DNA of 58,065 bases, filler included, from Porpidia crustulata (GCA_964255105.1; 5 parts of 5 records of this genome joined end to end with filler, not necessarily neighbours in it), one strand, 5' to 3'; numbered from the whole stretch's first letter, positions 35,040-47,507 are shown. Made by a program: numbers and translations. Notes: generated by a model from the sequence alone, not told the origin.

Positions 35040-36721
35040 GACCGTGCCCGCGGCGTTGCGGGAGTGCGCTTTCAGGACGATCCAGGCCCAGTGGCGGGCG
35101 TCGCGGAGGCCGACGTCGCCGTACAGCGGGTAGTAGCCCGTGAAGAAGGCGGGGGCGCCGGTGAGCAGGAGATCCGGGTCGTCGGCGGCGGAGGCAGATG
35201 AGGATTTGCGCACGAGGGCGACGGCGATGCCGTTGGAGGCGTAGACGCCTTTGCTGTCGAGGGGGCCCTTGGGGAAGGGCGCGGTTTGGTAGCGGGTCAG
35301 GCAGGGGTCAGGCTGGGAGCGCTGGAAGGTGCAGGCGGAGGTGAGGGAGAAGTCAGTCGGGGCGCGGCCGACCAGGGTGGATTCGTACCGGTCTTGCAGG
35401 TTGGTGCCGACGCCGGGGAGGGCGACGAGGAGAGGGATGCCGTGCGCGGCGAGTTCGGCGGGCGAGCCGATGCCGCTGAGTTTGAGCAGTTGGGGGGTGT
35501 TGAAGGCGCCGGCGGAGAGGATCACTTCGCTGGTGGCGGTGACGGAGCCCGGAACGCCGGCGGGCGCGCTGGGGGAGCGCGGGTCAGCGTGGTAGAGGCT
35601 TTTGCCGGTGAGGAAGTCGACGCCGGTGGCTTGGGGGGTGGGGCCGCTGGTGTTGAAGCGGACTTTGGTCACGAGCGTGTTGAGGCTGATGTCCAGGGTG
35701 TATTTCCGGGTGCCGTCCGAGTTAACGGCGTTGGCGGTATCCATGATGAAGTCTCGCGGGCCGGTGCGCTTGACGGAGGTGTCCCCAACCGCCAGCGGGA
35801 CTTGGTAGAGGTCTTGCTGTTGGTCTCGGTTAGGGGTGTCGGCGTTGATGTCTTGCGTAAGGACTTCCCCGAGGCCTACCACCGTGGCAACGACTATTCC
35901 CACCAGGGACTTACCCATCGCTGTAGCCGCGCCTACCACCAAGGCGAGCAACTTCTGGTCCTGAACGACGAGATTCAAGTCTGTCAAGCTCGTCTCGAGC
36001 CACCCGCTGAAGCCGTGACCGACAATACCATTGGGGAGATATCGATTTCTCTCAAAACGTTCGAAATACTTCCGCATGTTTTCTGGCGCCCAAGACGAAT
36101 CTCCCGTGATGGATGCGATATTCGCCCAATCGCTCTGATGCGGGTAGATGGTGATCATGGCATTATGCCCTGCACATCCGCCCAACGTTCCCGCTCTGGG
36201 ATAAAGAATTCCCAGAGGTGTGGAGCCGGCCGGCGGGGCGGCACTTTCCCCGGGTAGGTTGACAAAAGTCCCGCCGTCCGGTGTTCGCCATACAAACTTC
36301 GAGTCCTTCTGCTGCTGAGCGTCGTCGGCATAATGGCGGACAAAGTAGTCCCACCGCTGCGCTGGATCCTCGCTCGATTGCAGCTGCAATGCAGGAACTT
36401 GCTGGAGTATACTGCCGCCTTGGTCATCTCCGGCATCGATGAGCAGAACTCTGTGTCCGGCAATAGCCAAGCGAGCCGCGACGGGACCACCACCGGGCCC
36501 AGAGCCTACAACCACATAGTCGTATACTGAGTCTATTATAGTTGCCCGCTTGTTGGCGGTCCGGTGCCTAGGACTGATGCAGCAGTCAGCTACAACGAGT
36601 TTGAGAGATTCTCGTGAACGCTGTAGTCTAAGTTCCAATTCGTTTCCTGGACTTACGCTGCCTGGATTAACACAAAGGTCGTTAGGAAGGTAATCAGGCT
36701 GAGTAATCGTGTTGCATTCAT
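35040..36721 (-). CDS. Secreted GMC oxidoreductase (AA3, choline-dehydrogenase-like), 3' part missing
   Basis: Exon 1 MNATRLLSLITFLTTFVLIQA (signal peptide), intron, then ..NKR (Kex2-like site), YDYVVVGSGPGGG (FAD), YPRAGTLGGCAGHNAM, EVILSAGAFNTPQLLKLSGIG, LPGVGTNLQDRYE. Confidence 0.93.
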
Positions 36722-37528
36722 ATTGACTTCCCCTTTGCAGAGTCGATATCCAATCAGTGAACTTAAATTCCTTTGTGTACTTGTTTCGAGCAATGAGATT
36801 CAGGTCTGATAATTATTGTAAAAGTTGAACGTTCGCGACGATCAAATACTTTACATTGGAAATATTGCCATCGTGAACGTTAAGGAGAGGGCACCTCCTT
36901 TATGCTGACTGACCCATGATCAAATTGAGCCGCACCAGTAATTCGAAAAGGGTCATGTCAACCAAGTAGTAGGCTGAATAGTCCATATGAGGAAACTGAG
37001 GAGCTGCACGAGACTTGTGTCCAGGTGATGAGTGGAGAGAAAAGTCATCGGCGATGAGAAGCAGTTGCATGTATGCAGTAAGTTTGGTAGCGTGAGGTAC
37101 GTCCAGGGGTCGCGGAGGGGTTTGTCCGGTCCGAATCCTCGAAAGGGAATCTCGCTTTGAGGTTCTTGCTCACTTGAACCCAGTTGGAGCGACAGAGAAG
37201 GATGGCTCAATACATGTGACTCAAATTTGACATGCTGTAACCCGGGATTTGCTGCGACTGGTCCCGGTTGCTTGTAGTATGACTCGTTGAAAGAAGAATT
37301 TGCAATGTGATATGAATCGCAATGTACGGAGGACTTCACCTATCGGCTCAAGTCGTCAATGCACGTAAACTGCTCAGGGGCTGGCCAAGTTGAATCATTA
37401 CGGGCTATCATCAGGGTCGTGAAACCCATACAAAAAACCATGGGAATACTAAAATGATCGGTAAGCCATTGTCGTGAGCTCGAAACTTGCGACCAAACCC
37501 TCGCAGACCCTATATCTTCTTACAATTC

Positions 37529-38801
37529 CTAAGCCCAATCATTCCTATAAGTCTTTGCGTTTAAATTCTCCAGCGAATGTGCCTTCTCCTCCGTGATAAT
37601 CACCTCCGTCGTTTTCCGAATTGACCAAACATCCAAGGGTCCGATTTCCGCATCTCTGGATGAAAAAAAGCCCCCTTGTGCATGCGTAAACCGACTGGCC
37701 GAAGCGTGCGAGGAGGGAAATTTAGACAGAGGCTGGAAGGGGTGGGAACGGTGGGCCGGCGAGATATGCGGGCCACTTTTGACGAAGAAGTACATGGTGC
37801 GGGCGAGGGCGAGATTGGCCGCTACAATACAAAGGTATTCTTCGACGCTGTCTCAGGTCAGCACTCTATATACTGTGGAGAGGGTGATTCAAAACGGACC
37901 AGCCAAAGATGAACAGATCCGTCATGCTCCCTGCGATTATCGTCAGAAATGCCGATGATGCCAAATGGTGGAGGACTCACAAGTCAGATCATTTTGGGAA
38001 TACCCGTTGACAGCAGACCTTACCACACCAAATGCCGTACCACTACGTGACATGTGAGCGATAGCTGAACAGGTCGGAGATGACAGTAAGCATACACCAA
38101 GCCGAGACTCATGAGACCACACACAGATGCCTTGAGACGAAAGGTGATGTTGACATTCCAGAGTACTGCGGCTGGCAAAAGGGCGCAGATGAAATCCGAC
38201 ACGATAGCATAAGCTCGTGTATTATCAGCATCGAATACGTCAAAGCAAAGAGAGTGGCCATACCGGCTTGGGTCCAAAGAACGGAGTTGTACACAGACTG
38301 ACTCGTACATGTTCCTTTGCTTCTGTCCCAAAAAGTACTTATCGGTCGGCATTGAACGAACAAGATGATCTCCGGCACGACGGCTGTGATGACCACACCC
38401 GCCATCAATGTGTAAATCACCCACTTGATCCAGCCAGTGGTCTTAGTCCGAAGGAATAGGAGGAAAATTGAGAGCTTGGTCAGACAAAAGATGCCGAAGA
38501 ATAGAGTCATCACAGCAAAGCTCCATTTGGTCGCTTCCTTGGTCTTTTCGACGCCGAGGTAGAACGCATGTCGCCCAGCACCTTCGTGATACTGAAGACC
38601 ACAAAAGATGATTTGTACAAGCAGCAAGACGGTAGCAAGCGCGATGGTGAAGTCGTCCCAACCTTGCTGGCGATTGGCCAGCCGCACGCCTACTCTCAAG
38701 ACGGTCGTTATCGCTGAAAAGAGGCCGAGTACGACAACGATTATGATATGAATTGTGCCCTTGGACACATCGCCATCTGGGGGTGGAGTTGTGAAATCCA
38801 T
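37529..38801 (-). CDS. PTH11-like (fungal rhodopsin-domain, CFEM-less) integral membrane protein
   Basis: PPPDGD N-terminus, LRVGVR, GWDD, GAGRH, TKLSI, QCRPISTFWD, SDFICALLP..LWNV, VEEYLCIVAANL; several GT-AG introns. Confidence 0.88.
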
Positions 38802-39506
38802 ATCAAGAAAATGATATTGTACGCATTTACTGGAGAGATCGTGTTCGGAGGAAGTGGGTACTAATAGAGGGACCAGAACGGGACGATCAGAGTCTCATTA
38901 CGAAGAACTCCCCATAAGCTGATCAGGGTGTGAAGAACGAAAGCTGAACATGCTGAGTTGAATCATACGAAGAGAGGAAATCAAGAGCAACTACACAGAG
39001 GAGTGACGGCTGCGCCTCGTTCAGACATACATGAACGGAGCCAACTCGGGTGTGCCTATCGTGCTGCCGAAGCTATCAGGGTGTCAGGGTACCCACACTC
39101 ATCGACAGCATACAAAATCGAACGCCATGAGGCACGGGTATATGCAACCAGCAGAACGGGTGCAAAGGACCGACCTGCGGCACCTAACATGTGGCATGCC
39201 TCTCAGAACGAGGAGGAACATGCAGGGCACAAGGACAAGGCCTCGCCAGGGTATTAGTTTGAATCAGAAAGGGAGAGAGGTCAGAGTCGGTGGCCCGTTT
39301 CATGTTCCAACAAGCTGGCCCAGCAATACGCCATCTCACCGCTGACGAGTTGCCATGCATTGTTTTAATGCATGAGTGGGAATAAGATGACAATTAACGA
39401 TGTCCAGTCAGACCTGCAGAGGAGCTCGGCGGATACAACCAACTTCTTCCAGCGCCCTGGGTGCCTGGGAAAGCCACACACACTCTCTTTATCCAGGCCT
39501 GCCTAT

Positions 39507-39536
39507 CCTGCCACCCTGCCACCCTGCCACCCTGCC
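39507..39536. repeat. Short tandem repeat (CCTGCCAC)3.75
   Basis: cctgccac cctgccac cctgccac cctgcc. Confidence 0.85.
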
Positions 39537-40348
39537 TACACATAACAAGGGTCCGCTCAAGGCTCGGCGCTCAGCGATAACGGGAGATTCGGTTAGGCCA
39601 AGGAAAGCGAGATTCCAGTGGTGTGTACTGACAATGCAATTGATCCATTTCTAACGACCCGTCTACCATCTGCAACGCAAAAATTATTGCAGCTGTTGAA
39701 AAGCAAAGATTGGCTTTATTTGAGAATGGTTGTGCCGCAATATGGTCAGAAGAATGCGATTGGTGGATCTTTAGGAACGACTGAACGAGGGCTGACAGAC
39801 TCCTGAAGTTTCCGCTGTCTGCATTACATCAATTGGAGTACTAGTTCATTTTACCCTGTAGAAAACCATCGCTAGTCCAAATTACCTTACTCTAGCGTAA
39901 TTAGACGAGATTGCCCGTGTGCGTGAGCGGAGAGACTTAGAGTCACACAGTGAAGAACTACAAGCTCGCTGTCGCTTCGGGCGCATTCTGTATACTACAA
40001 TTTGCAATTGAGAGCAATGACTTCGATATTGTGTACAAATTCGGGCTTGATTAGCAGTGTTCTGAAAAACGAAAAATTACTGTTATCAAAATTATGCAAC
40101 AAAACAAACTGTATTCTGCATCTTGCAAATGCAATGTCGCAAGATAATTCGACGACAGCGCGCTTGAATTTCCTCACTTGAACCAGATGTTCAAGATAGT
40201 CAGTCGGGACTATTCAGATACCTTGGATTAATTCGATCCGTGCCACCCACCTACGCAACCTGAAGATAACGTTCCTAGGAGCTCATGAACATCTCTTTGC
40301 CATCTTCCCCTCTCCTACAAGCCACCATGTGTTTGCCGTTGAATAGTT

Positions 40349-40430
40349 AATCACAATAGGTTCGATTCCTATCTTGGCGCTGGTACAGTTGGTGTTGTGG
40401 TTTTATCTTTTCTCCATGTCCACTTGTCAA
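40349..40430 (+). repeat. Dispersed tRNA-like/B-box element, copy 2
   Basis: AATCACAATAGGTTCGATTCCTATCTTGGCGCTGGTACAGTTGGTGTTGTGGTTTT; homologous to 12565-12616 (minus); downstream CCACTTGTCAA also shared. Confidence 0.75.
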
Positions 40431-40561
40431 TGAGCTCGAGCTTTTTCTTACGGCGCAGCGGTTCCCGACCCTGCTCTTTCTCACTGACTGCGCTCCTATT
40501 TGAAATATGATCGTCGGTATATTACCCTGCCGGAACTTTTAAACCATTGTCTCCAGCCGCC

Positions 40562-40980
40562 TTATCTAGAACGAAGCAAGGGAACAGGGGGAACGTCCAG
40601 CACATTTTCTCCTACACCTCCATACCTAATACTCCGCCACCAAAAACCATCGAACCGCTCAACCAATAAGCCCATCAATAACCTCTCTCGTTTCTCCCCC
40701 CTCTGCCCTCTGACATAACCATCACTGACCCTTCCACCACACGCACCCAATCCCTCAACTCTGGCTAACCTTCACCAGATCATTCGCCACACCCTCAACC
40801 TCGACCACGCCCGCATCCCGCACGCCCCCATCCGTCCTTCGCACCGCCGCCATCATCTCCCGCATCCAAAACCACACCACACCACCACAGCTCACTCTAC
40901 CTACCCTCGCGTGGACACACCACTCCTCGCCACCAAAGCCAGCACGCTCAAGACACTGCACAAAAGAGCCGCCTGAGTGT
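40562..40980 (-). pseudogene. Possible highly degenerate MFS (DHA1-like) transporter fragment
   Basis: Broken frames give GGSFVQ...VVWFWMREMMAAV (cf. GG.L....GWRW...FMRETYAPV) and GACGGRVSDGYVRGQRGEKRERL (cf. G.LSD...PE.RL). Similarity judged by eye only. Confidence 0.25.
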
Positions 40981-41739
40981 CTGCCTTCGCGACGACAATC
41001 CCCACGAATCTGATGCCCCGAGGACGGTGTGGGGGATTGCCCGCCGCTTGACCGAAGCCCGAGGGGGGACTCGGCCATGGAGGACCGTCGATGTATCGAT
41101 GGAGCTCGCAAGACTATTCCATAATATTTTCCCTTGGTCGCGAAGGGTAGTCGTAGGCTTCGCTAAGCGGCCATAAGGGTTTAGATTCCGAATTACGAGA
41201 ATAATGGGCGCCGTCGCCGTGAGTGACGAGCAAATTTACAAACGACGATGATGCTGGTAAGGCAATCACTGTTATCTGGACCCTTTGCAGCTACTATCAA
41301 CATACTTTTCAACATATCTTTTTCCTCGGATACTTCAGAATTCATGTTCAGCGCACTTTAACCCGTCTCTCATCACAACGAATCTCAAAAACTAGATCCC
41401 ACGAAATCAAACTTCCTCGTCAAAGGATAACAGATTCGAACGTTTAAAATGACAAAATATTCTTGCTAGTGGGTCGGCTCGACAAGATCTGCACCATCTG
41501 AAACAAAACTTTTGACAATCTTTATAATCAGATAAAACCTCTTGATGATTCTTCATGACGATCTCAGCGTCTGATCAGTAGCTCGTATATCTTCTTTACT
41601 ATTCGTAACCTTAGATAAGCTTGTGAGATATACATCGAGAGCAAGTGACTTCTTTTGCAATTCTACATCTTCCATACATCGCAATACTCGGCATTTTTCT
41701 CCATGACTAACACGCAAACTCCGAAACCTATCTTCGATC

Positions 41740-43165
41740 TTAATCTTCCTCCCCCTCCAAGACAGCCTCGATCAATCTCTGCACGCCCGATTCCTTCGTC
41801 TTAATGCCAGTAATCTTCAGTCCCACGGACTTCAGAAGGCTACGCCATTGAGGCTCTGTCCACTCCGAAGATGCTGCATGAGCCATCATGAACCAGTCCA
41901 GCAAGGTGACCTTCCACGATGCTCCGACGTCCAAAACGACATTTTCGTTGATGAGGATCTTCGAATATCCATTCTCCATGGCTGGAATAAGCTGATGAAG
42001 GACTTCGCGGCATCGCTCGTCGGTCCAGTCGTGGAGGACGGAGTGTAAATAGTAAGCTTTTGCCCTGGCATCTATTAGCAACGAAGAAAGAGCAAGTCGA
42101 GACTCCAACCTTTCACCGGCTATGGAGTTGAAAGTTGTGGATGGTTAGTTCAATCCCTGTGTCTATGTAATCTATCTGGCTGATGACACTCGGAATATCC
42201 TGCAGAACGAGACACCCAGGGAGTTCGGGATGCTTTGCCTTGAATGTGATCGAAACGTGTCCCAAACTTCCACCAACGTCCACAATTTGAGCCTCGGAGC
42301 CGCCTTCAAGGCCATTCCCTACCCTTTGTTTCACAGGATAAAAATCATGTTCTGCCCACCTAGGCTAGCCCCCGATATATCCAACCATATGATTGTTGAA
42401 TGCCTGTTAGACTGCTAGATGCTCAACTCTCCAATCCTTGCAGGAAAGCTTCGTGTCATGCCCGTATTGGAATGGCCCGTTATTCGGATCTTGGGGATTC
42501 TTATATGTGTTGTCCGACAGATAGTTAGGAAGTTTGAGGAAAGATGGCCCTGCACAGTCGAGACTGTACTCTCCTTCAGAGTTTCTCCGGCTATATACGA
42601 GACTACTCACCAAAAAGGTACCCCATCACGGTACTTTGAAATGGTCAAAGCCTTCGAAAAAGCGGTGGGTGCAAACTGGTCTGCTTCAACTTCCGCAATC
42701 ATGTGCATTGCAGAAGGGTGTTTCAAGATTCTTCCTACATGTAGCGAGGACCTGTAAGCGTCTATCATTCGTCCGAGAACAAAAGCAACTAACCAACCAG
42801 CACAGGATCTCCACCGACCTTGATCGCCAGTTCCGTACTGCTCTTCGTACGATCATCCTCATCCATCGGTCGCACAAACAACCCAAGTCAATGGCTACTC
42901 GGGTAGCAGTGTTCCTGATTGGCTAGTAAAACAGGTTCAGCTAGGCCTAAAGATGTTAGATCTAGGTATCTACCTCTGCCCACGTCATCCAAGTGATTGC
43001 CTCAATGGGTGTTTCGAGCGCAGCAATTAGACGTCAGGCGTTTGCTATCAATTATTCTCGTGCACCTGCTTTCTTCTAAGAAAATACTTCTTCGATCAAA
43101 GTAATATTACTCAGAAGAGCAGTGACGGCAGTAGATTGAGTGTTCCAGGGAGTAGTGGACGTCAT
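41740..43165 (-). pseudogene. SAM-dependent O-methyltransferase (secondary-metabolite type) pseudogene
   Basis: LIAALETPIE, GPFQYGHDT, AFNNHM, VDVGGSLGH, LVLQD, AKAYYLHSVLHDW, SKILINENV motifs, with at least six in-frame stops and a frameshift near 42130. Confidence 0.9.
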
Positions 43166-43885
43166 CCTGAGAAGTTAACAAAGCTATTAGCTGGATATGC
43201 TGGGATCGATCAAACTCGACTCGAACAGATTCATCTAATAGTAGTAATATCCCCCAATTTTCCCTCAGAATGGATATACTTATTAGATCCCTCACGCCGT
43301 CTCACATAAGCCACATCCTCACTTTCTCTTCAATTTTCAAATCTCTATCCTGCTATCATCGCTATTGTTCTCATTCCGCCTTATTTCGCCGTACGCCTGC
43401 TTTCATGCTACCTCGGTTTCTCAGGAATGAGAAAGCAAATACCCACGAGAAATATTCGGACAAACACAGCCGCATGAAACCATTCATCTGCAACCACACA
43501 CGTGTGTATCCAACCAAGTCGCGGATTCCCTTGTTGCCTGTCAGCCATACGTAGTATGCGTTCTTACTATATGGTGGTATTGCACCGTGTAAGAAGGCTC
43601 CCGTAGAAAGAGGAACGTACCACTGCATTACTGTACTCTCTCCACTCAAAATCGAATGCATTGCTGAACAGAATAACACAAAAAAAATTAAATACCTTAG
43701 ACTTCCCTAACCTTCTTTCTTTAATTTACCATCAGTCTTTGAATCTAGTCAAGCCTTTACTGCACCTTGAGAATGTTTGGAAACTAACCTCGAAGCATCC
43801 TCAAGGAGATAAAGCCTCAGATCTTGTCTCTGCTTGGGTCATCGCTTTTCGGCCAGTAGGCAAGACACGATCTCTAAAGCTAGAC

Positions 43886-44880
43886 ATGGCTGGCCCTCCT
43901 CCTGGGGGAGATGTGACTATGGCACCACTTCTGGACGGTGTAGACTGATCGATGACTCGCCTTGCTTTTACTTTTGTCGTCTACAGGCTCTTTCTCGCTA
44001 CAGAATCATCCGTAGGCCTGGAATAGATGATTTCGTTATTACTATATCAATTGTAAGTAGATCTTGCAATAAACTAATTTGATGAGGCAATCACATTCTT
44101 GAATTCGTTGCTTTCAAAGGTTCTGAATATTATTTCTATTTCGTTTACCACCGTGGCCAATGCGACGGGTATGGTGAGATATTTATATTACTTGACACCC
44201 AAGCAGAAAACAAACACCGTCAAATTAAATATCATCGGTTAGCCGTTTGGCATAATGGCTTTTTGCGTACCAGGACTCGCTGTTACTTTTCTGAAAATTT
44301 AATTGATGCCACCAAGGAAACATGCGAAATGGTTCCTTGACTTCATCACAATGAGTTCTCATCGTACTCTCGATCCTTGCTGCGAGCTTTCTGTTTGTTC
44401 AATGTTCTCCTGTGGAGGCTTTGTGGAATCCTACCATATCGTCCCATTGCTGGCCACCGTCCATTCTATCAAACTATACGATATTCGTGGGCGGTATGCG
44501 TATCTAGGACCATTGTGATATCTGTGAAGTGATCGCTGAATATGATAAATTTACTCGGCATTCTGTGATTTGAGCCTGACGATCTTTCCGACTACGCTCT
44601 TGTGGAATCTCCAAATGGACCTGAGAAAGAAAGTTGGAATCTGCTTTGTGATGGGTTTAGACGTGTTGTTAGTCGTCTGCAGTACTTTTCAAGTGACTAC
44701 CCGGAGGACTAACGAAGATGTGGATAGTGCCTTCATCTGTGATATCATCAAGATAACCAAGCTCGACGAACTACAGGATCATGCCGACTTTACGTGTGAG
44801 GAGGTGCTGTCGACTTGATCAAACCAAATCACTGATTCATTCTCGCCTGGGGCAACCGTTGATCTTCTATTATAGACTGT
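43886..44880 (+). pseudogene. Second PTH11-like membrane-protein gene, pseudogenised
   Basis: MAGPPPGGDV, GIDDFVI, GMVRYLYYL, DLSLTIFPTTLLWNLQMDLRKKVGICFVMGL, DFT; in-frame TGA/TAG/TAA and frameshifts. 3' end approximate. Confidence 0.82.
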
Positions 44881-45939
44881 GGGAGTATTTAGCTGTTGGC
44901 GTTGATATATATAGTGGATTAGCAAAGAACAAGTGCGGTCGCATTTTGTTCCAACATTAGCTGTCCTTCACAGAATCCACCAGCACGTCGTAATCATATC
45001 CAACACACTCAAATCATCCACTGCGCCCAAACACGGGGCTTATTGCGAGCAGAGGGCTGAGACCTGCAATGGAACATAGCCAGACGAATGGTCTCCGGAG
45101 GAAATGGCAGGCCACTGAAGAGAAGGAAGTTAAAAAAGGGAAGGATCTTCGTCTTCGGAATTGGGCGAAGAGGCGCAATCGACTTAACGAACTATCTTCA
45201 TTGAACTCGTAACTCTTAAAAGTACCAAATATGAAAGGATATATGCTGGAGGCACAGTTATTAGTGATAGGAAGACTTACTGCAGAGGACAATCGGATAA
45301 AGGGACTCGTAGAAGGCCCTAAGCCATCGGATATTAACTTTGAGGAAGGTCTTAAAAGATGTAGAAGAGGTGATACAGGTGCTGCAATATTGAGTTCCTA
45401 GCATTTGACCGGGTAAGGAGGGAAGGCGGGGGGGGGGTGCACGTAGATCGTTGTTCGAAATCGTTACTTATGCGAAGATAGAAAAGTGTGTATGCAATGC
45501 CAGTGTCTTTTTTAGTTTTGTTCAGCGGATCGCTGGTTGGTGTCCAGGCAACTGATTTTGGCGTCTCGGTCATTTGTATCTCCATCATGGCCGAACGGAA
45601 ATGGATCCGTTGTGCATTTTTTGCTTTTATCCTTCTTCCGCGGTCCACTTCGTTTTCCTCTTCTCTACATGTGAATTGAGATGAGATGCAAATTGATGTG
45701 CAAAAGCCGATTTCCATGACCTACTTACTGTATTGTAGGCCCCCCCCCCTCTTTCCGCCGTCACACACCTCTTTCAAGTCCATTGAAATCGGCCCTAGCT
45801 GTTGACAGAGGCGATCGTGAACGCGGATTCGTTGTCGTGTGCTTCATCACTTCTATAAAGTCCCAGTGAGTGTATCACCTTGACTTCTGTATGTTCTGTT
45901 TGACTGGTATCAAGCAAGAGTAATTTATTAGCAAGACGG

Positions 45940-46056
45940 AGGAGGGTAGAGGGATAATTAACCCCGTGTGCTTTCTCGTAACCTTCTGACGCCCGCTTAT
46001 ACATCGCCTCTGCCTCCGCCAGCTTGCCTTGGTCGGCGTATAGGATGATCGCCAGG
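45940..46056 (-). pseudogene. Isolated TPR-repeat remnant of the kinesin-light-chain type found in fungal NB-ARC/TPR NLRs
   Basis: ILYADQGKLAEAEAMYKRASEGYEKAHGVNYPSTL matches the LY..QGKL.EAE.MY.RAL.GYEKA.G..H.STL repeat. Confidence 0.75.
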
Positions 46057-46437
46057 GATTCATGCCAACAATGCGCCTGAGAAAGCGCATATTCTAACAT
46101 TCTAAAAGGCTCCCTTCGCCATAGCATCACTCTGGAGACAAGCAGTGCTGAATGAAACATGGTGTGAGAAAACTTAAATACGGGATGGAAAGACGAAATA
46201 AAAATCCGATATGCTCCATCACATACTTTAAAGGTTGATAGTTCAAGGGTCCCACTAACCGTACACCCCGTCAGATGAGGCTTAGTGTCATCCTAATAAG
46301 GCTTAGTATCTGGATTATAAACCTTTCCCCTAGCAAATCGCTTCTTCGTCATTTGCTTGAAAAATATCGAGCAATTGCATTCCGTTCTAATTCGGCCAAA
46401 AAGCATTCGTTTTAAAATTGAAGTGTGATTCAAAGGC

Positions 46438-46537
46438 NNNNNNNNNNNNNNNNNNNNNNNNNNNNNNNNNNNNNNNNNNNNTTAATTAATTAANNNNNNN
46501 NNNNNNNNNNNNNNNNNNNNNNNNNNNNNNNNNNNNN
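46438..46537. other. Artificial contig spacer
   Basis: N44-TTAATTAATTAA-N44. Confidence 0.98.
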
Positions 46538-47507
46538 GCGGCGCATGGCGTGTTCTTCGACAGTGAAGTGTTTTTTGGTTTGGGGTTCTATTCGGGGTGA
46601 GATTTAGAGTTTGTGTAGGACTTTGATCAGGGTAGAACGAAGACGTGGACACACCCATTGGTAGATGTAGAAAGTCATTCTCCGACATGACTTGATCTAA
46701 TTTGCTCCTCTGCCTCTTGGTCATCTTGCTGATATCCGGTGTGCTGCCTCTGCTTCCTGGACCCAGGCTCCGACCGTCGTCGTCTTGGTTTGTCTCGTCC
46801 GCGTCACCGTCGGCGTCTTCATCGGCGTCATCGGCTTCGGCTTCCGAGTCTAGGTCGGAAAGTTCTTCGTCGTCTTCTTCCATTTCCATTTCCTTCGATT
46901 CCACTGATTTGGCTTTGCTGTCTTTGGCGGCAGTGACGATGACGGTCGGTTGTTGGACTGGTCCGGTCATCTTGAGTATGGGTGGGGGAGGCAGTGGTGG
47001 GCTGTCGTCCATTTCTACGTCTCCATCAATGCCGGCATCTGCGTCTCCGCTATCGGCTTCTGCTTCCTCCTCTTCATCTTCATCATCATCGTCTTCATCT
47101 TCGTCTTCTTCTTGTTCGCTAGGGACCTCCTCGTCCTCTTCATGATTATCTTCATCATCCTCCTCGTCCTCATCCTCGCTCTCGCTTTCCACTACAATGC
47201 TTCTCTTTGCTCGACTACCCCTAGGCCCACTAACAATTTCTCCGCCTACAAAGGAGTCCCTCGAATTAATGGATACGCTCTTCTGCTGTCCCGACGTTGC
47301 TTCGCGTAGTTTACTCGAGGGCATCTTTACAGTAAGGTGGATAGATTTCTTGGCATCTTCCGGAGATCGAGATTCGTCGCGCGCAACAGTCACTGCTCGG
47401 GTTTGGTTTCCTGAAGCGCCGCGACGGGGGCGCCCCATCTTGCGCGGCGGGCTTGCGTGAGATGTTAGAGAAGCGCGAGAGCGAAGGGTACGGCGTTCGG
47501 CAGGCAT
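46538..47507 (-). CDS. IES2: INO80 complex subunit Ies2 (PAPA-1 family), 3' end truncated
   Basis: LTVKMPSSKLRE, long D/E tract, TPDISKMTKRQR, FLHLPM / EPQTKKHFTVEEHAMRR after an intron; this is the start of the conserved Ies2 coiled coil. Confidence 0.8.

Noticed and set aside
35286..36257. 323-aa plus-strand ORF
   Set aside because: Antisense shadow of the GC-rich GMC gene; no recognisable motifs.
40298..40380. Canonical tRNA gene around GGTTCGATTCC
   Set aside because: No upstream D-arm, anticodon arm or pairing acceptor strand; reported instead as an unexplained tRNA-like element.
46702..47309. Poly-Ser and hydrophobic ORFs on the plus strand
   Set aside because: Antisense readings of the Ies2 acidic tract.
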